Shown: in pieces, positions 47,780-57,184 of the stretch
Numbering within the stretch: position 1 is the stretch's first letter
Layout of the letters: each line of letters starts with the position of its first letter
Source of the DNA: a bacterium
GTDB taxonomy: Bacteria > Patescibacteriota > UBA1384 > CAILIB01
Direction: 5' to 3'
Assembly (NCBI GenBank): GCA_037131105.1
Contig: JBAXRQ010000001.1
Coordinates: forward strand, 194,039 to 258,038
Length of the DNA stretch: 64,000 bases
The notes under the pieces: model-generated
What the model saw: the letters and a program-made list of their open reading frames with translations, nothing else
Told to the model about the DNA's origin: nothing
The model's database searches: none
Program-made: the position numbers and the translations under genes

Positions 47780-49210
47780 TTGAGGATAATGACTAATGAT
47801 AAGGAGGGCCTCCCCCGCCTGATTCAGGCGGGAATGGGGGTACATGTTTCAAGTGCTAGGTTGGCGAATGCAACTTCCAGACTGGGAGCCCTCGGAATGG
47901 TCTCTGGCGCTGGACTGCGACACGTAGTAGTGGAGGAAGTTCGTAGCGGGAATCCTGCGGTAATCGCTGTTGCCAATACTTTTCCAGTGCAACGACATGT
48001 CGACGAGTTGCTCGCTTATGCACCGGGAGGCGCTAAGCATGGTCACGCAGTGCCCATTGATGTGCCGGATCCGTTTCGCAGCGGGCTGCCGCGTCGCTTG
48101 AGTATCATTGCCGCCTACGTCGAAGTGAAGCGGGCAATGATGGGACATAAGGGCAAAGTAGGTATTAACGTCATGTGGAAGTGCGCGCTTACGGCGCTAC
48201 CCTCCATCTATGGCGCGATGCTTGCCGGCGTTGATGCTCTGCTCTGCGGTGCTGGCGTTCCTATGGAGCTGCCCAGCATCGTAAGCCAGATCCGAAACGG
48301 AAAAGACCTTGCCTATTTGCCCCTTACCGGTACTGGAACCCATGCCAGGCTGGATATTTCCGGAGACGGTACGGCTGCCTTCCTGCAGACACTGCCGCTG
48401 CCGCACATGCTGCCGATCATCTCAAACTATGCATTCTGCAGGCGACTGCTTGACGTATGGCAAAAGGAGTATGACGGTGCACGGCCTTTTGGCTTCGTGC
48501 TGGAGAACCATGCTGCTGGCGGCCATAATGCGCCGCCGCGCAACAAGACGGAATTTACCGAGACTGACGATATCGAGGCGTATTTCGATAAAGTGTTGGC
48601 ACTCGGTCTGCCGATCTATGTGGCGGGCGCCTTCCCCGAAGGGGGAAGCCGTAACGACTACCTCTATTGGCTTGGACGGGGTGCCTATGGTATCCAGGTC
48701 GGTTCCCGGTTTGCCCTCAGTGAGGAGTCGGGCATGCGACGTGACCTGCAGGAGCGGATCATTGCCAGTACCCGAGAAGGACGTGGAGTAGAGACCAGTA
48801 TGATAATGTCGCCGACTGGCTACCCAATCAAGGTTATGCCAGTGCCCGGCAGCGTAGCTGATCCTGCTATTTACGAGGGTCGTGTGCGTATCTGTAACCG
48901 GCTCTATCTGGCCCAGTCCCATTTCGAGACGTTGCCTGACGGCAGTGTGCGAGAGACGTACATCTGTCCGGCTATGCCGGAGAAGCAGTTTGCGCGGCTA
49001 GGAGGGGATCCTGCCGAGACAGAGGGCCGTGTCTGCCTGTGTAATGGGCTCTTGTCGACAGCAGGGTTCTACAACGACATCGAGCCGCCCATTCTGACGG
49101 CGGGACTCAGTGTTGAGCGGGTAGAATCTATCGTGCCTGCTCGAGAGATTGTTGAAGAGATATTGACTCCTGAGTGGGTCGAGGGGCGAGAAAAGGAGCT
49201 TGCCCTATGA
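47780..49210 (+). CDS. nitronate monooxygenase (NMO/2-nitropropane dioxygenase) family FMN oxidoreductase
   Basis: N-terminal LIQAGMGVHVSSARLANATSRLGALGMVSGAGL pattern. Confidence 0.55.
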   Translation: MRIMTNDKEGLPRLIQAGMGVHVSSARLANATSRLGALGMVSGAGLRHVVVEEVRSGNPAVIAVANTFPVQRHVDELLAYAPGGAKHGHAVPIDVPDPFRSGLPRRLSIIAAYVEVKRAMMGHKGKVGINVMWKCALTALPSIYGAMLAGVDALLCGAGVPMELPSIVSQIRNGKDLAYLPLTGTGTHARLDISGDGTAAFLQTLPLPHMLPIISNYAFCRRLLDVWQKEYDGARPFGFVLENHAAGGHNAPPRNKTEFTETDDIEAYFDKVLALGLPIYVAGAFPEGGSRNDYLYWLGRGAYGIQVGSRFALSEESGMRRDLQERIIASTREGRGVETSMIMSPTGYPIKVMPVPGSVADPAIYEGRVRICNRLYLAQSHFETLPDGSVRETYICPAMPEKQFARLGGDPAETEGRVCLCNGLLSTAGFYNDIEPPILTAGLSVERVESIVPAREIVEEILTPEWVEGREKELAL

Positions 49211-49313
49211 TTACTGTTGGATGTTTCAGAGCTCGTTCCCCGAAAGGGGGGCGGGCTCTTTGCATGCCCAGCGAGGGGGAGTATACTCTAAAAAGACCAG
49301 TAAATTCGAAACT

Positions 49314-49652
49314 ATGAAATCACCCTTCCCCAAGGCGGTCTACAATCGAAACGCTGAGATCTATAAGATTCTTTCCAATCCGATCCGCTTGGAGATCCTT
49401 AATACTATCAAGTATCAGGAGGCCTCGGTGGAGCAGTTGGTTGGTATTCTGGGCCTGCGAAAAGCAAATGTTTCCCAGCATCTAGCCATGCTCCGCCACG
49501 CTCGTCTAGTCACTACTAGGCGCGAGGGACTAAATATCTATTATCAGATTGTCGATCCTCGTATCATTGAGCCTTGTCGCATCCTTAAGGAGGTCTGGGA
49601 GGATACCCCGGCGCTTCCTCCTCATATCTCCTTAAAGAAAGAATATGTATAA
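49314..49652 (+). CDS. ArsR/SmtB-family transcriptional regulator
   Basis: wHTH pattern ILSNPIRLEILNTIKYQEASVEQLVGILGLRKANVSQHLAMLRHARLV; overlaps the gpmA start by 8 nt. Confidence 0.6.
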   Translation: MKSPFPKAVYNRNAEIYKILSNPIRLEILNTIKYQEASVEQLVGILGLRKANVSQHLAMLRHARLVTTRREGLNIYYQIVDPRIIEPCRILKEVWEDTPALPPHISLKKEYV

Positions 49653-50412
49653 GGTCGTTCTACTTCGTCACGGGGAGAGTGAGTGGAACCGGGAGAACCT
49701 TTTCACCGGTTGGACGGACGTAGATCTTGATGACTACGGTCGTGAACAGGCTAAAAAGGCCGGCCGGCTGATCAAGAAGGCGGGAATTGAAGTAGACCTG
49801 GCTTTTACTTCGTTTCTTAAGAGGGCCATTCACACTCTCTGGCTTTCTCTTGATGAGATGGATCTGGCCTGGATACCCGAATACAAGAGCTGGCGTCTGA
49901 ATGAACGGCACTATGGTGCTCTGCAGGGTCTTAATAAGTCCGATACGGCGGCTGAATTTGGAGAGGAACAGGTCAAGTTGTGGCGTCGCTGCTATGACGT
50001 AGAACCACCCGCTCTCACCATGGAAGACCATAGAGATCCTTCTCATGACCCCCGCTATGAAGGCATAGACCCTTCTGTCCTGCCGCACACCGAATCTTTG
50101 GAAGATACTATAGCTCGGGTGATGCCCTACTGGGCCGACCAGATCGTACCCCAGATTAAGTCTGGAAAGGTAGTGTTCATCGTCGCTCATGGCAATACCC
50201 TGAGGGCGTTGGCAAAGCACCTGGACGGCCTGACCAATGAACAGGTAATGGAGCTGAACATTCCCATTGGTGAACCGTTGGTCTATGAACTTGACGATGA
50301 GCTGCGTCCCACTAACCATTACTATCTGAATTCGCCAGAAGAAATCGAAAAGGGCATTCAGTTTCAGATCCAGATGGGCAAGGCACCGGCCCAAGAGAAC
50401 CCTATCGGCTAA
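49645..50412 (+). CDS. gpmA: 2,3-bisphosphoglycerate-dependent phosphoglycerate mutase
   Basis: LLRHGESEWN phosphohistidine motif; about 250 aa. Confidence 0.85.
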   Translation: MYKVVLLRHGESEWNRENLFTGWTDVDLDDYGREQAKKAGRLIKKAGIEVDLAFTSFLKRAIHTLWLSLDEMDLAWIPEYKSWRLNERHYGALQGLNKSDTAAEFGEEQVKLWRRCYDVEPPALTMEDHRDPSHDPRYEGIDPSVLPHTESLEDTIARVMPYWADQIVPQIKSGKVVFIVAHGNTLRALAKHLDGLTNEQVMELNIPIGEPLVYELDDELRPTNHYYLNSPEEIEKGIQFQIQMGKAPAQENPIG

Positions 50413-50421
50413 GCAGTACGC

Positions 50422-51543
50422 ATGGACGCCTACGTCAAGCTGCGCAACGGGGTCATCCATGCCGCGTACGGAGGTGTGCTTAAGCCGATCTTCTTCAAAC
50501 AGGATCCGGAGGCAGTACATAATCAGGTTGGCTTGGCAGGTGCCCGTCTAGGGAACATGCGAATTACTCGAGCTCTTACCTCACTTCTGTTCAACTACAC
50601 TAATCCGGTGCTGCGCCAGCGCATCCACGGCATCGACTTTAACAACCCCATAGGACTGGCGGCTGGCTTCGACAAGAACGCCCGCCTGACCTCAATCCTT
50701 CCCCATGTCGGATTCGGCTGGATGGAAGTGGGCTCCATCACCGCCCGTCCCTGCAAGGGGAATCCCGGCAAGCGGCTGCACCGTCTGCCTGAATCCAAGT
50801 CGCTTCTGGTGAACTACGGCCTGATGAACGACGGCAGCGACCGGATCTATGAGCGCCTGCATGGCCGTCACTTTTCACTGCCGGTAGGGACCAGTCTCGC
50901 ACCTACCAACGACGAGTCAACCATGGACTACCGTGACGCCATCAAGGACTATGTCTACTCCTGCACGAAGCTGGCTGAAGTTGGTAGTTATACTACCCTC
51001 AATCTCAGTTGTCCCAACACTTGTAATGACCAGCCCTTTACTGACCCACGCAAGCTGGATGAACTGCTTTCCGCCATAGAGAAGGTGAAGACCCGTAAAC
51101 CGATCTTTCTGAAGCTGTCACCCGACCTGTCGATGGATAAGTTGGACTCCCTGCTGACTGTAGCCAAGAAGCACGGAGTGGCCGGCGTCATTTGCGCCAA
51201 TCTGACTAAAAACCATAGCCATCCTTTGGTAAAAGAGCAGAACCTGCCGGAGAAGGGGGGCTTTAGCGGTAAGGTGGTGAAACAGCAGTCTGACGAGATG
51301 ATCGCCCACGTCTTCCGTCGTTGGGGGACCACCTTTACCATTGTCGGCTGCGGCGGGGTATTTACCGCTCAGGATGCTTACCGTAAGATCAGGCTAGGCG
51401 CCTCGCTCATCCAGCTGATCACCGGTATGATTTATGAGGGACCTCAGGTCATCAGTAGTATTAATCAAGGACTGGCTGAGCTATTGAAGACTGACAGGTT
51501 CAGCTCGATCAGCGAGGCGGTAGGAAAAGACATAGGTCAGTAA
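50422..51543 (+). CDS. pyrD: dihydroorotate dehydrogenase (quinone-type, class 2)
   Basis: Family motifs NPIGLAAGFDKN, LNLSCPNT, GVFTAQDAYRKIRLGASLIQL. Confidence 0.8.
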   Translation: MDAYVKLRNGVIHAAYGGVLKPIFFKQDPEAVHNQVGLAGARLGNMRITRALTSLLFNYTNPVLRQRIHGIDFNNPIGLAAGFDKNARLTSILPHVGFGWMEVGSITARPCKGNPGKRLHRLPESKSLLVNYGLMNDGSDRIYERLHGRHFSLPVGTSLAPTNDESTMDYRDAIKDYVYSCTKLAEVGSYTTLNLSCPNTCNDQPFTDPRKLDELLSAIEKVKTRKPIFLKLSPDLSMDKLDSLLTVAKKHGVAGVICANLTKNHSHPLVKEQNLPEKGGFSGKVVKQQSDEMIAHVFRRWGTTFTIVGCGGVFTAQDAYRKIRLGASLIQLITGMIYEGPQVISSINQGLAELLKTDRFSSISEAVGKDIGQ

Positions 51544-51558
51544 TCAAAGGAGGGGCAC

Positions 51559-52596
51559 ATGGGTGAAGTATTGCGTACCAAGGTCATCGCCAGTCTGGGA
51601 CCGGCTAGCTATCCGTCTGAGGTGATGGAAGAGTTGATGAAGGCTGGCGTGTATATGTTCCGGAACAACTTTTCCCACATGCCCTATGACGAGTACCGGC
51701 GGCAGCGGGAGCTGGTGAGAGGACTGAATGAGAAGCTAGGCACTTCGGTACTGATGCAGGCCGATCTCCAAGGGCCGCATATCCGCATCGGGAAGATCGC
51801 CGATGAAGGCATTCTGCTGCAGGAGCGGCAGACCTACTGGTTCAGTACCACGGCTGGCCAGCCGGAGGAGTTCGACATCCCCATCAATGACGCCACCATC
51901 CATCAGTTCGTACAGGTGGGCCAGCCCATCTCCTTTTTGAACGGGTTTATCGAGGGTGAAGTGACCGAGGTGCAGGGCCATCGCATCGCTGTGCGTATGA
52001 CCAACAGCGGCACCCTGAAGTCAAACAAGGCCATCAACTTGCCCGAGACCCAGCTGGACTCCTGCCTTACCGAGAAGGACCTGGCTGATCTGCAGTTCCT
52101 GGTGGAGGAGGGGGTGGACTGGATCGCCCTGTCCTTCGTCTCTCGCAAAGAGGAGGTGGAGAAGGTGCGGGAGATCATCGGCGACCGGCCGATCAAGATC
52201 ATGAGCAAGATCGAGCGGCAGAGTGCCCTGGGTAACGCTGAGGAGATCATCGCTGCCAGTGACGCCATTATGGTAGCTCGCGGTGACCTGGGGATCGAGA
52301 TTCCCATGGAAGAAGTGCCCTTCGTGCAGAAGGACCTGATCGACCTTTCTCACTACGTAAAGAAGCCCGCCGTCGTGGCCACCCAGATGCTCTATTCGCT
52401 GGTGCACTCGCAGCGCCCGACCCGGGCCGAGGTGTCGGATGTGTCGGGAGCAGTGTTGGAACGTGCGGACGCGTTGCTGCTATCGGATGAGACCACGGAA
52501 GGGGTGGATCCGGTCAATGCAGTGAAGACGATGATGACTATCATTGAGCGGGCCGAGCAGCACATGTATGGAGAAAAGGATTATTTTTCAGTCTGA
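51559..52596 (+). CDS. pyk: pyruvate kinase, short form lacking the C-terminal regulatory domain
   Basis: N-terminal TKVIASLGPAS; MVARGDLGIEIP; only 345 aa. Confidence 0.8.
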   Translation: MGEVLRTKVIASLGPASYPSEVMEELMKAGVYMFRNNFSHMPYDEYRRQRELVRGLNEKLGTSVLMQADLQGPHIRIGKIADEGILLQERQTYWFSTTAGQPEEFDIPINDATIHQFVQVGQPISFLNGFIEGEVTEVQGHRIAVRMTNSGTLKSNKAINLPETQLDSCLTEKDLADLQFLVEEGVDWIALSFVSRKEEVEKVREIIGDRPIKIMSKIERQSALGNAEEIIAASDAIMVARGDLGIEIPMEEVPFVQKDLIDLSHYVKKPAVVATQMLYSLVHSQRPTRAEVSDVSGAVLERADALLLSDETTEGVDPVNAVKTMMTIIERAEQHMYGEKDYFSV

Positions 52597-52627
52597 ACTG
52601 CCAGACCTACACGGCTAGAGCTATAGT

Positions 52628-52936
52628 ATGGCGATTCTAGAAGAATTTCAGGCTATCTTAATGAATATAAATAGGCTTCCAGAGCCTAAGGATATTGATG
52701 ATCTCACGGAGCAGATGGCACTAGTCTCTCAGGCTATAGAGAAATGTGAGAAGCTGTTGCTGTATCTGATTACGAGTCAGGAAGGGCGTGACGAAATGGT
52801 TACGCACTTCTTTGAATATAAGCAGTTGCTGCGCCTTGAGCAGACTTTACATAAGCTGAAGCAGCCACTCCTACTCGAGCGATACCATCAGGAGCAAAAG
52901 GCGGTTGCAAAGAACAAGCGTTGGTGGCAGTGGTAG
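52628..52936 (+). CDS. hypothetical protein
   Basis: ORF only. Confidence 0.3.
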   Translation: MAILEEFQAILMNINRLPEPKDIDDLTEQMALVSQAIEKCEKLLLYLITSQEGRDEMVTHFFEYKQLLRLEQTLHKLKQPLLLERYHQEQKAVAKNKRWWQW

Positions 52937-52978
52937 TCACGGTAATGACTTATTTCTCTACCTTGGTAGTATAGTGAT

Positions 52979-53311
52979 ATGCCCACTACAACTCTCAAAC
53001 AAATAGAAGAGCGTCTCTCTGAGCTTGAGGAGCGAGAGACTAAGATTGAGCAGGATGAAGCTGAAATTCTCAGCGTCGACCAGTATATTCTTGAAGAGGT
53101 GGAGAAGACTCAGAAGGACTCGGGTCTGGCCCGCTCGATTTACCGGTTTAGGTTTTTGATATCAATATTACTTACGGTGGGAGTTGCCTTGGTTTGGCAA
53201 GGAGTCGGCCAAATATCTGCTACTCTGCCCCTTGTTTCTAGTGCGGCCGGGGCGTTGGCGGTGGGGCTACTAATATTGGTTGTTATCAGTTGGATTACTA
53301 AGGCGAAATAA
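52979..53311 (+). CDS. hypothetical coiled-coil / C-terminal TM protein
   Basis: ORF only. Confidence 0.3.
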   Translation: MPTTTLKQIEERLSELEERETKIEQDEAEILSVDQYILEEVEKTQKDSGLARSIYRFRFLISILLTVGVALVWQGVGQISATLPLVSSAAGALAVGLLILVVISWITKAK

Positions 53312-54121
53312 CTAGGATTTTTCTAGTTCCTCTGCCAGCTCTTTCACGATCCGCTTATCCGTCTCCGCCTTATCCCAGTCAACGGTTCCTGAAGTGTTTT
53401 GGTTGAATTGGATACCGTTCTCACAGCTCCAGGAGATCCTATTTAGTAGGGCGTATACCGTCACTATTTTTCTTTGCTCTGGACTGAGAACTTCGGCGTC
53501 CATAACGGCGTTGGTGTAGGCCTCTCCGTGACGGGTGCCATACCAACTGGCCTTGATGCGTCCGATGGTCTCCAACGGGTCGCCTTGGGCCAGAGCATCG
53601 AGGTCCACTAGTCCGCTGAACTCTCCCTCATGGACCATTACGTTTTTGCTGGACATGTCGTCGAAGTAGGTGGTTGCCTCCACATGGTTGAAGTAGTCGC
53701 GGTAGCGGTCGAAGACTTCATTAAGAAGCGATTCGAGATCGCCGTCCATTACTCCTGTCTGAAGGCCTCGCTCCTTGGCATTGTTGACCAGTTCCTCCAT
53801 GCAATCTGTCCAAGACTCGAGTAGCTTGCTGTCGTCTCCTAGCTTGTCGCCGAACCTCCCGTTGTTGGGTATCTCTCGGAGCTGTTTGAATATATGGGAG
53901 ATCTCACGGGCGATGGCTGTCAGCTCATCGTCACTAAGCGTATCAATGACGTTGGTGATGTCGGTGCCGGGAAGTTTGGAAAGCACCTGGTAGGCATAGG
54001 GAACGAGCTGGCGGGAGTAGTCCTCGCTCAGGATGCCGTCATCGCTGCAAGTTACTGAATGGCGGCTACCTGCCTCGAAGTCATTGCCGCCCGGGGAATA
54101 CCGTTGGAAAGTGAATGTCAT
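53312..54121 (-). CDS. phosphotransferase (APH/choline-kinase-like) family protein, catalytic motif degenerate
   Basis: Segment NVMVHEGEFSGLVDLDALAQGDPLETIG resembles the APH Brenner/DFG region but lacks the canonical HGD. Confidence 0.35.
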   Translation of the reverse strand: MTFTFQRYSPGGNDFEAGSRHSVTCSDDGILSEDYSRQLVPYAYQVLSKLPGTDITNVIDTLSDDELTAIAREISHIFKQLREIPNNGRFGDKLGDDSKLLESWTDCMEELVNNAKERGLQTGVMDGDLESLLNEVFDRYRDYFNHVEATTYFDDMSSKNVMVHEGEFSGLVDLDALAQGDPLETIGRIKASWYGTRHGEAYTNAVMDAEVLSPEQRKIVTVYALLNRISWSCENGIQFNQNTSGTVDWDKAETDKRIVKELAEELEKS

Positions 54122-54881
54122 AGGCCGTGGGGAGAGTGCTTGGACCGGCGCGTATTTCCGTGTCGCGCAGCCTACGGAGGCCAGAGAAGCAGCTGAAGCT
54201 GAGCGACGCTTCGCGGGCGACGATGAAGCTTTAGTTGCGGTCTACCTCAAGCATGGGCTACTCATAGATACCTATCCGGCGCTCAAGCGCCTCTACGAGC
54301 GGACCGACGATCCCCAGCGCAAACAGCGACTTCAGTATTACCTGCAGGCCGCCGGCCTTCTGAATTGCGCGACCTGCGGATTCCGAGTGACCGCCGAAAA
54401 GTCGAAGGGCCATATCTACTACCATTGCAACAATCGCACTGGAACCTGTACCAAGCGGGGCATCCGTGAGGAAGTTCTGGAGGGGCGGATCGACGCTTTG
54501 TTGGAGGACATTACCGTGTATCCCGAATATGAGCGGCTCGCTTTGGAGATTCTCGATGACATGCGACAGGAGGCATTGAGTAGCCGCCAGGCCATCTTTG
54601 AGTCGCGGCAGCAGGCTTTGGCCGATCTGAAGCGTCAGAAGGACGCCTTGCTGGGTATTTTCCTACAGGGTCACATTACTGACGACGAGTTCGCTGCCAA
54701 GAAGACTGAACTTGTGAAGCTGGACGGAGCAGTCAACCTCAAGGGCGAAGATTCGGAGGAAGAACTGAACGGGGTCTGGCAGACCGCCGCCAGCGCCGTG
54801 AGCTTCATGGCGCAGACAAGGATCCAGTTCCACACGGGGGGATGTGGCCAGCAAGCGCTATGTGGCGGCACACTTGGGTGA
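54120..54881 (+). pseudogene. 5'-truncated remnant of a large serine recombinase (zinc-ribbon + coiled-coil C-terminal part only)
   Basis: CATCGFRVTAEKSKGHIYYHCNNRTGTCTKRG zinc ribbon and downstream coiled coil are paralogous to the C-terminus of the 21490-23061 recombinase; the catalytic resolvase domain is absent. Confidence 0.5.
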
Positions 54882-55069
54882 ATACGTGCTGAATAACGGC
54901 GAACTCACCATCGAACTGAACCCGTTGTTCCAGCAGGTTCGATCTCAGTTCAAAAACCTCGCGGTGGAATCTTGAAAGATCGAACCGCTGGAAATAGGCT
55001 CTGGCAAACTGAAGTCCCGTCGCTTTGGTTTAAGAAATGAAGTTTGGTAGAGCAGCACGGTCTGGCGTA

Positions 55070-55192
55070 AAGTGAGACACTTTGGCACCTCCATAAAGAG
55101 TGTCTCATTCCACATGCACTCCGGTCATAGTTCGAACCTGATAGTGAGACAAATGAGACACTATAAAAAGGAAAAGACGAATTGTCTCATTT
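55070..55192. promoter_or_regulatory. cluster of five TGAGACA / TGTCTCA motifs (operator-like array) upstream of the DGR target gene
   Basis: gtgagacac (55072), gtgtctcat (55100), gtgagaca (55144), tgagacac (55154), ttgtctcat (55182); the first pair forms a 12-bp inverted repeat. Confidence 0.4.
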
Positions 55193-55340
55193 AATGAAAA
55201 ATAGATAATCTGTTCGGTACATTGTCGGCTGCTAGATTGACAAAGAGGCTAAAATATGGTACCCTTGGCGCGATCTATTGAGATCCTTACACCTGATTGG
55301 CGCTTGGCGTCAAAATCAAACAGGTGTCTGCAAGGAAAAC

Positions 55341-56315
55341 ATGAACGAACTGATGACACAAGGCCAGCTCGATGAAGTCGGCCGCCTCTTCGCCCAACCG
55401 TTTGTCGATCACGGCATCACCGTGGACGACTACCAAATCGTCCGCCAGGACCCCGCCTTCAAGGCGCTCCTGCAAGGACCGGGCGAATACGTCCGGAAAT
55501 TCATCGTCCGCCGTGATTCGGTATCTTCCTATCTCTTCGTCGATGCCCTCCCAGAGAGCGGCTACACGAAGGCGAACACTACGCTCACCTACGACTGGTC
55601 GAAGCGTGGCAGTGAGGACGACCGGCTCGGCAATATCGCCAAGGCAGTGAAAGCTGCATTCGGCATCAACGATGTTGTCCTTACCAATTCGGTGGTTGCA
55701 ATGCCGGCCTGGCAGACCTGCCTCGTGGTTTCTCCGGTTGATCTTCTGCTCCAGATGGGTCTTGACCCTGCGAGCGTGAAGAATACGGACTACTGCAAGC
55801 TGGTCGCCAGCCTGATGAACCAGTTGGCTGGCGTCAAGCCTACCGACTACGTCAATACGTGCCTGGCAACCGAAGCCGCCCGCCTCGAAGCGGAAACGCT
55901 CAAAGCATGGCTTGCCGTTCCGACTACCCAGGAGAAAGGGCAGCCGCTCATCGTCCGCCGCATGGCCGTTAATCCGGCAATCTGGCTTGACCATGAAGGC
56001 ACCGCCTATTCTTTCGCCCCCTTGCACACTCCAGCCCTGTTCGCCAACCTTCCGGTTTCGAACAAGGTGAAGAAAGTGCTCCCGGGTGACATGGTCGTCG
56101 CAGCGAGCCTCCTCATCGGAGAGCCTCACTTGGTTGACCAGATCAAGGCTGGAGCCTGCCCACGTATCGATGTTCCGGGAACGGAATTGCGCGACGACGG
56201 GTCGTGGTCTGGCCGCCCGTGCGTGGACAGGGACGGCTCAGAGGCGTGGATCGACTTCTACTTTGCCGTCGCTGCCGTTGACTTCTTCGGTTCGCTCGGC
56301 TGCGCCTGGGAGTAA
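55341..56315 (+). CDS. DGR target protein with C-terminal C-type-lectin/FGE-like variable domain
   Basis: C-terminal LRDDGSWSGRPCVDR...FGSLGCAWE follows the RGGSWNN...GFRCA CLec-VR pattern; contains the VR; ATG at 55341 has an AAGGA RBS (the longer ORF from 55278 lacks an RBS). Confidence 0.75.
   Translation: MNELMTQGQLDEVGRLFAQPFVDHGITVDDYQIVRQDPAFKALLQGPGEYVRKFIVRRDSVSSYLFVDALPESGYTKANTTLTYDWSKRGSEDDRLGNIAKAVKAAFGINDVVLTNSVVAMPAWQTCLVVSPVDLLLQMGLDPASVKNTDYCKLVASLMNQLAGVKPTDYVNTCLATEAARLEAETLKAWLAVPTTQEKGQPLIVRRMAVNPAIWLDHEGTAYSFAPLHTPALFANLPVSNKVKKVLPGDMVVAASLLIGEPHLVDQIKAGACPRIDVPGTELRDDGSWSGRPCVDRDGSEAWIDFYFAVAAVDFFGSLGCAWE
56187..56311 (+). repeat. DGR variable repeat (VR)
   Basis: 125 bp colinear with TR; 17 mismatches, all at TR adenines. 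Confidence 0.85.
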
Positions 56316-56368
56316 CTGGGCATTTGAATTTCGGCACTTTGGTCTTCTTGACCATTTGCCATTTGACT

Positions 56369-56403
56369 CACGGTATCTGCTTGCAGATACCGTGTTTTAT
56401 TTT
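56369..56403 (+). terminator. hairpin + T-run downstream of VR (target-gene terminator and/or DGR homing-associated hairpin)
   Basis: cacggtatctgc tt gcagataccgtg followed by ttttatttt. Confidence 0.55.
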
Positions 56404-56538
56404 CGTCAGAAAATAAATAACTGGTTTGCTGCTGCGAGGGGGAGTGTGGTATCTTCTGAGTTGAAATGGGGAATGGGAATGCTCGAGCCCTATTTTTAAA
56501 TTTCCAAAACTGGCTAGAATAAGGAGGAAATTAGGTTC

Positions 56539-56772
56539 ATGAACGGCCGTTCACGGATTGCCGTCACCGAAATCACGCTTCTGCCACCGGTAGAGTTGGG
56601 AGCATCTACGGATCTCCCAAGCGTCCAGGCAGCAAGGGTACTCCGTGCCTTGTCCAAGATGGGGAAGACCCGCATGAAATACAGGGATTGTTATTTTCTA
56701 ACACCCGGTGACTTGGATAGGATGAGGCACTTTTGCGCAACGACGGGTCGTGGTCTAACCGCCCGAACGTGA
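56539..56772 (+). CDS. small DGR-associated ORF with strong Shine-Dalgarno, 3' end overlapping the TR
   Basis: AAGGAGG 10 nt upstream of the ATG; 77 aa; function unknown. Confidence 0.35.
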   Translation: MNGRSRIAVTEITLLPPVELGASTDLPSVQAARVLRALSKMGKTRMKYRDCYFLTPGDLDRMRHFCATTGRGLTART

Positions 56773-56857
56773 ACAGGGACGACTCAGAGGCGTGGATCGA
56801 CAACAACTTTGCCGACAATGCCAATGACAACTTCGGTTCGCTCGGCTGCGCCTGGGA
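56733..56857 (+). repeat. DGR template repeat (TR)
   Basis: Nine AAY codons in the VR reading frame; the identical 3' ~40 bp is shared with VR (IMH-like region). Confidence 0.85.
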
Positions 56858-56862
56858 CTGCC

Positions 56863-57183
56863 CTAGCTGAGACTACGTATCCACCCTCCTAGCATCTTTC
56901 CAATTTCTTGGAGGAAGCTCTGGAGGGTGAGGTACTTTTTATCGTCTACGCACTTGGTCTCAAGGGCGAGTCGCACCAACATTTTTAACACATCGAGCTT
57001 GGCGCTGAGCGCCACGAGGGCATTCCTCTTCAGGCTGTTCGGTAGCTGGTTTGCGTGGAGCAACCCTTCAAGCAGTTCCAGCGCCGCATCCTCAAGCCGA
57101 GCTCCTAGCGAAAATCGCTCAACCTTCGGAAATAAATGGATCCATACATGCAGCTGGCAGTAGAAATTAAAAGTTTTCCCCAC
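56863..57183 (-). CDS. avd: Avd-like accessory variability determinant (four-helix-bundle protein)
   Basis: About 106 aa; ERFSLGARLEDAALELLEGL...IGKMLGGWIRS resembles the Bordetella-phage Avd / 23S-rRNA-IVS four-helix family; annotated start is GTG. Confidence 0.65.
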   Translation of the reverse strand: MGKTFNFYCQLHVWIHLFPKVERFSLGARLEDAALELLEGLLHANQLPNSLKRNALVALSAKLDVLKMLVRLALETKCVDDKKYLTLQSFLQEIGKMLGGWIRSLS

Positions 57184-57184
57184 G

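Noticed and set aside
47448-47780. NrdR box upstream of nrdD
   Set aside because: No convincing tandem acaCwAtATaTwGtgt-like palindromes were seen in the AT-rich divergent promoter region. This may need a matrix search.
55287-56129. 280-aa ORF antisense to the DGR target gene
   Set aside because: The sense ORF ends in the VR with the canonical CLec pattern and has an RBS. The antisense frame is an Arg/Gly-rich artefact.
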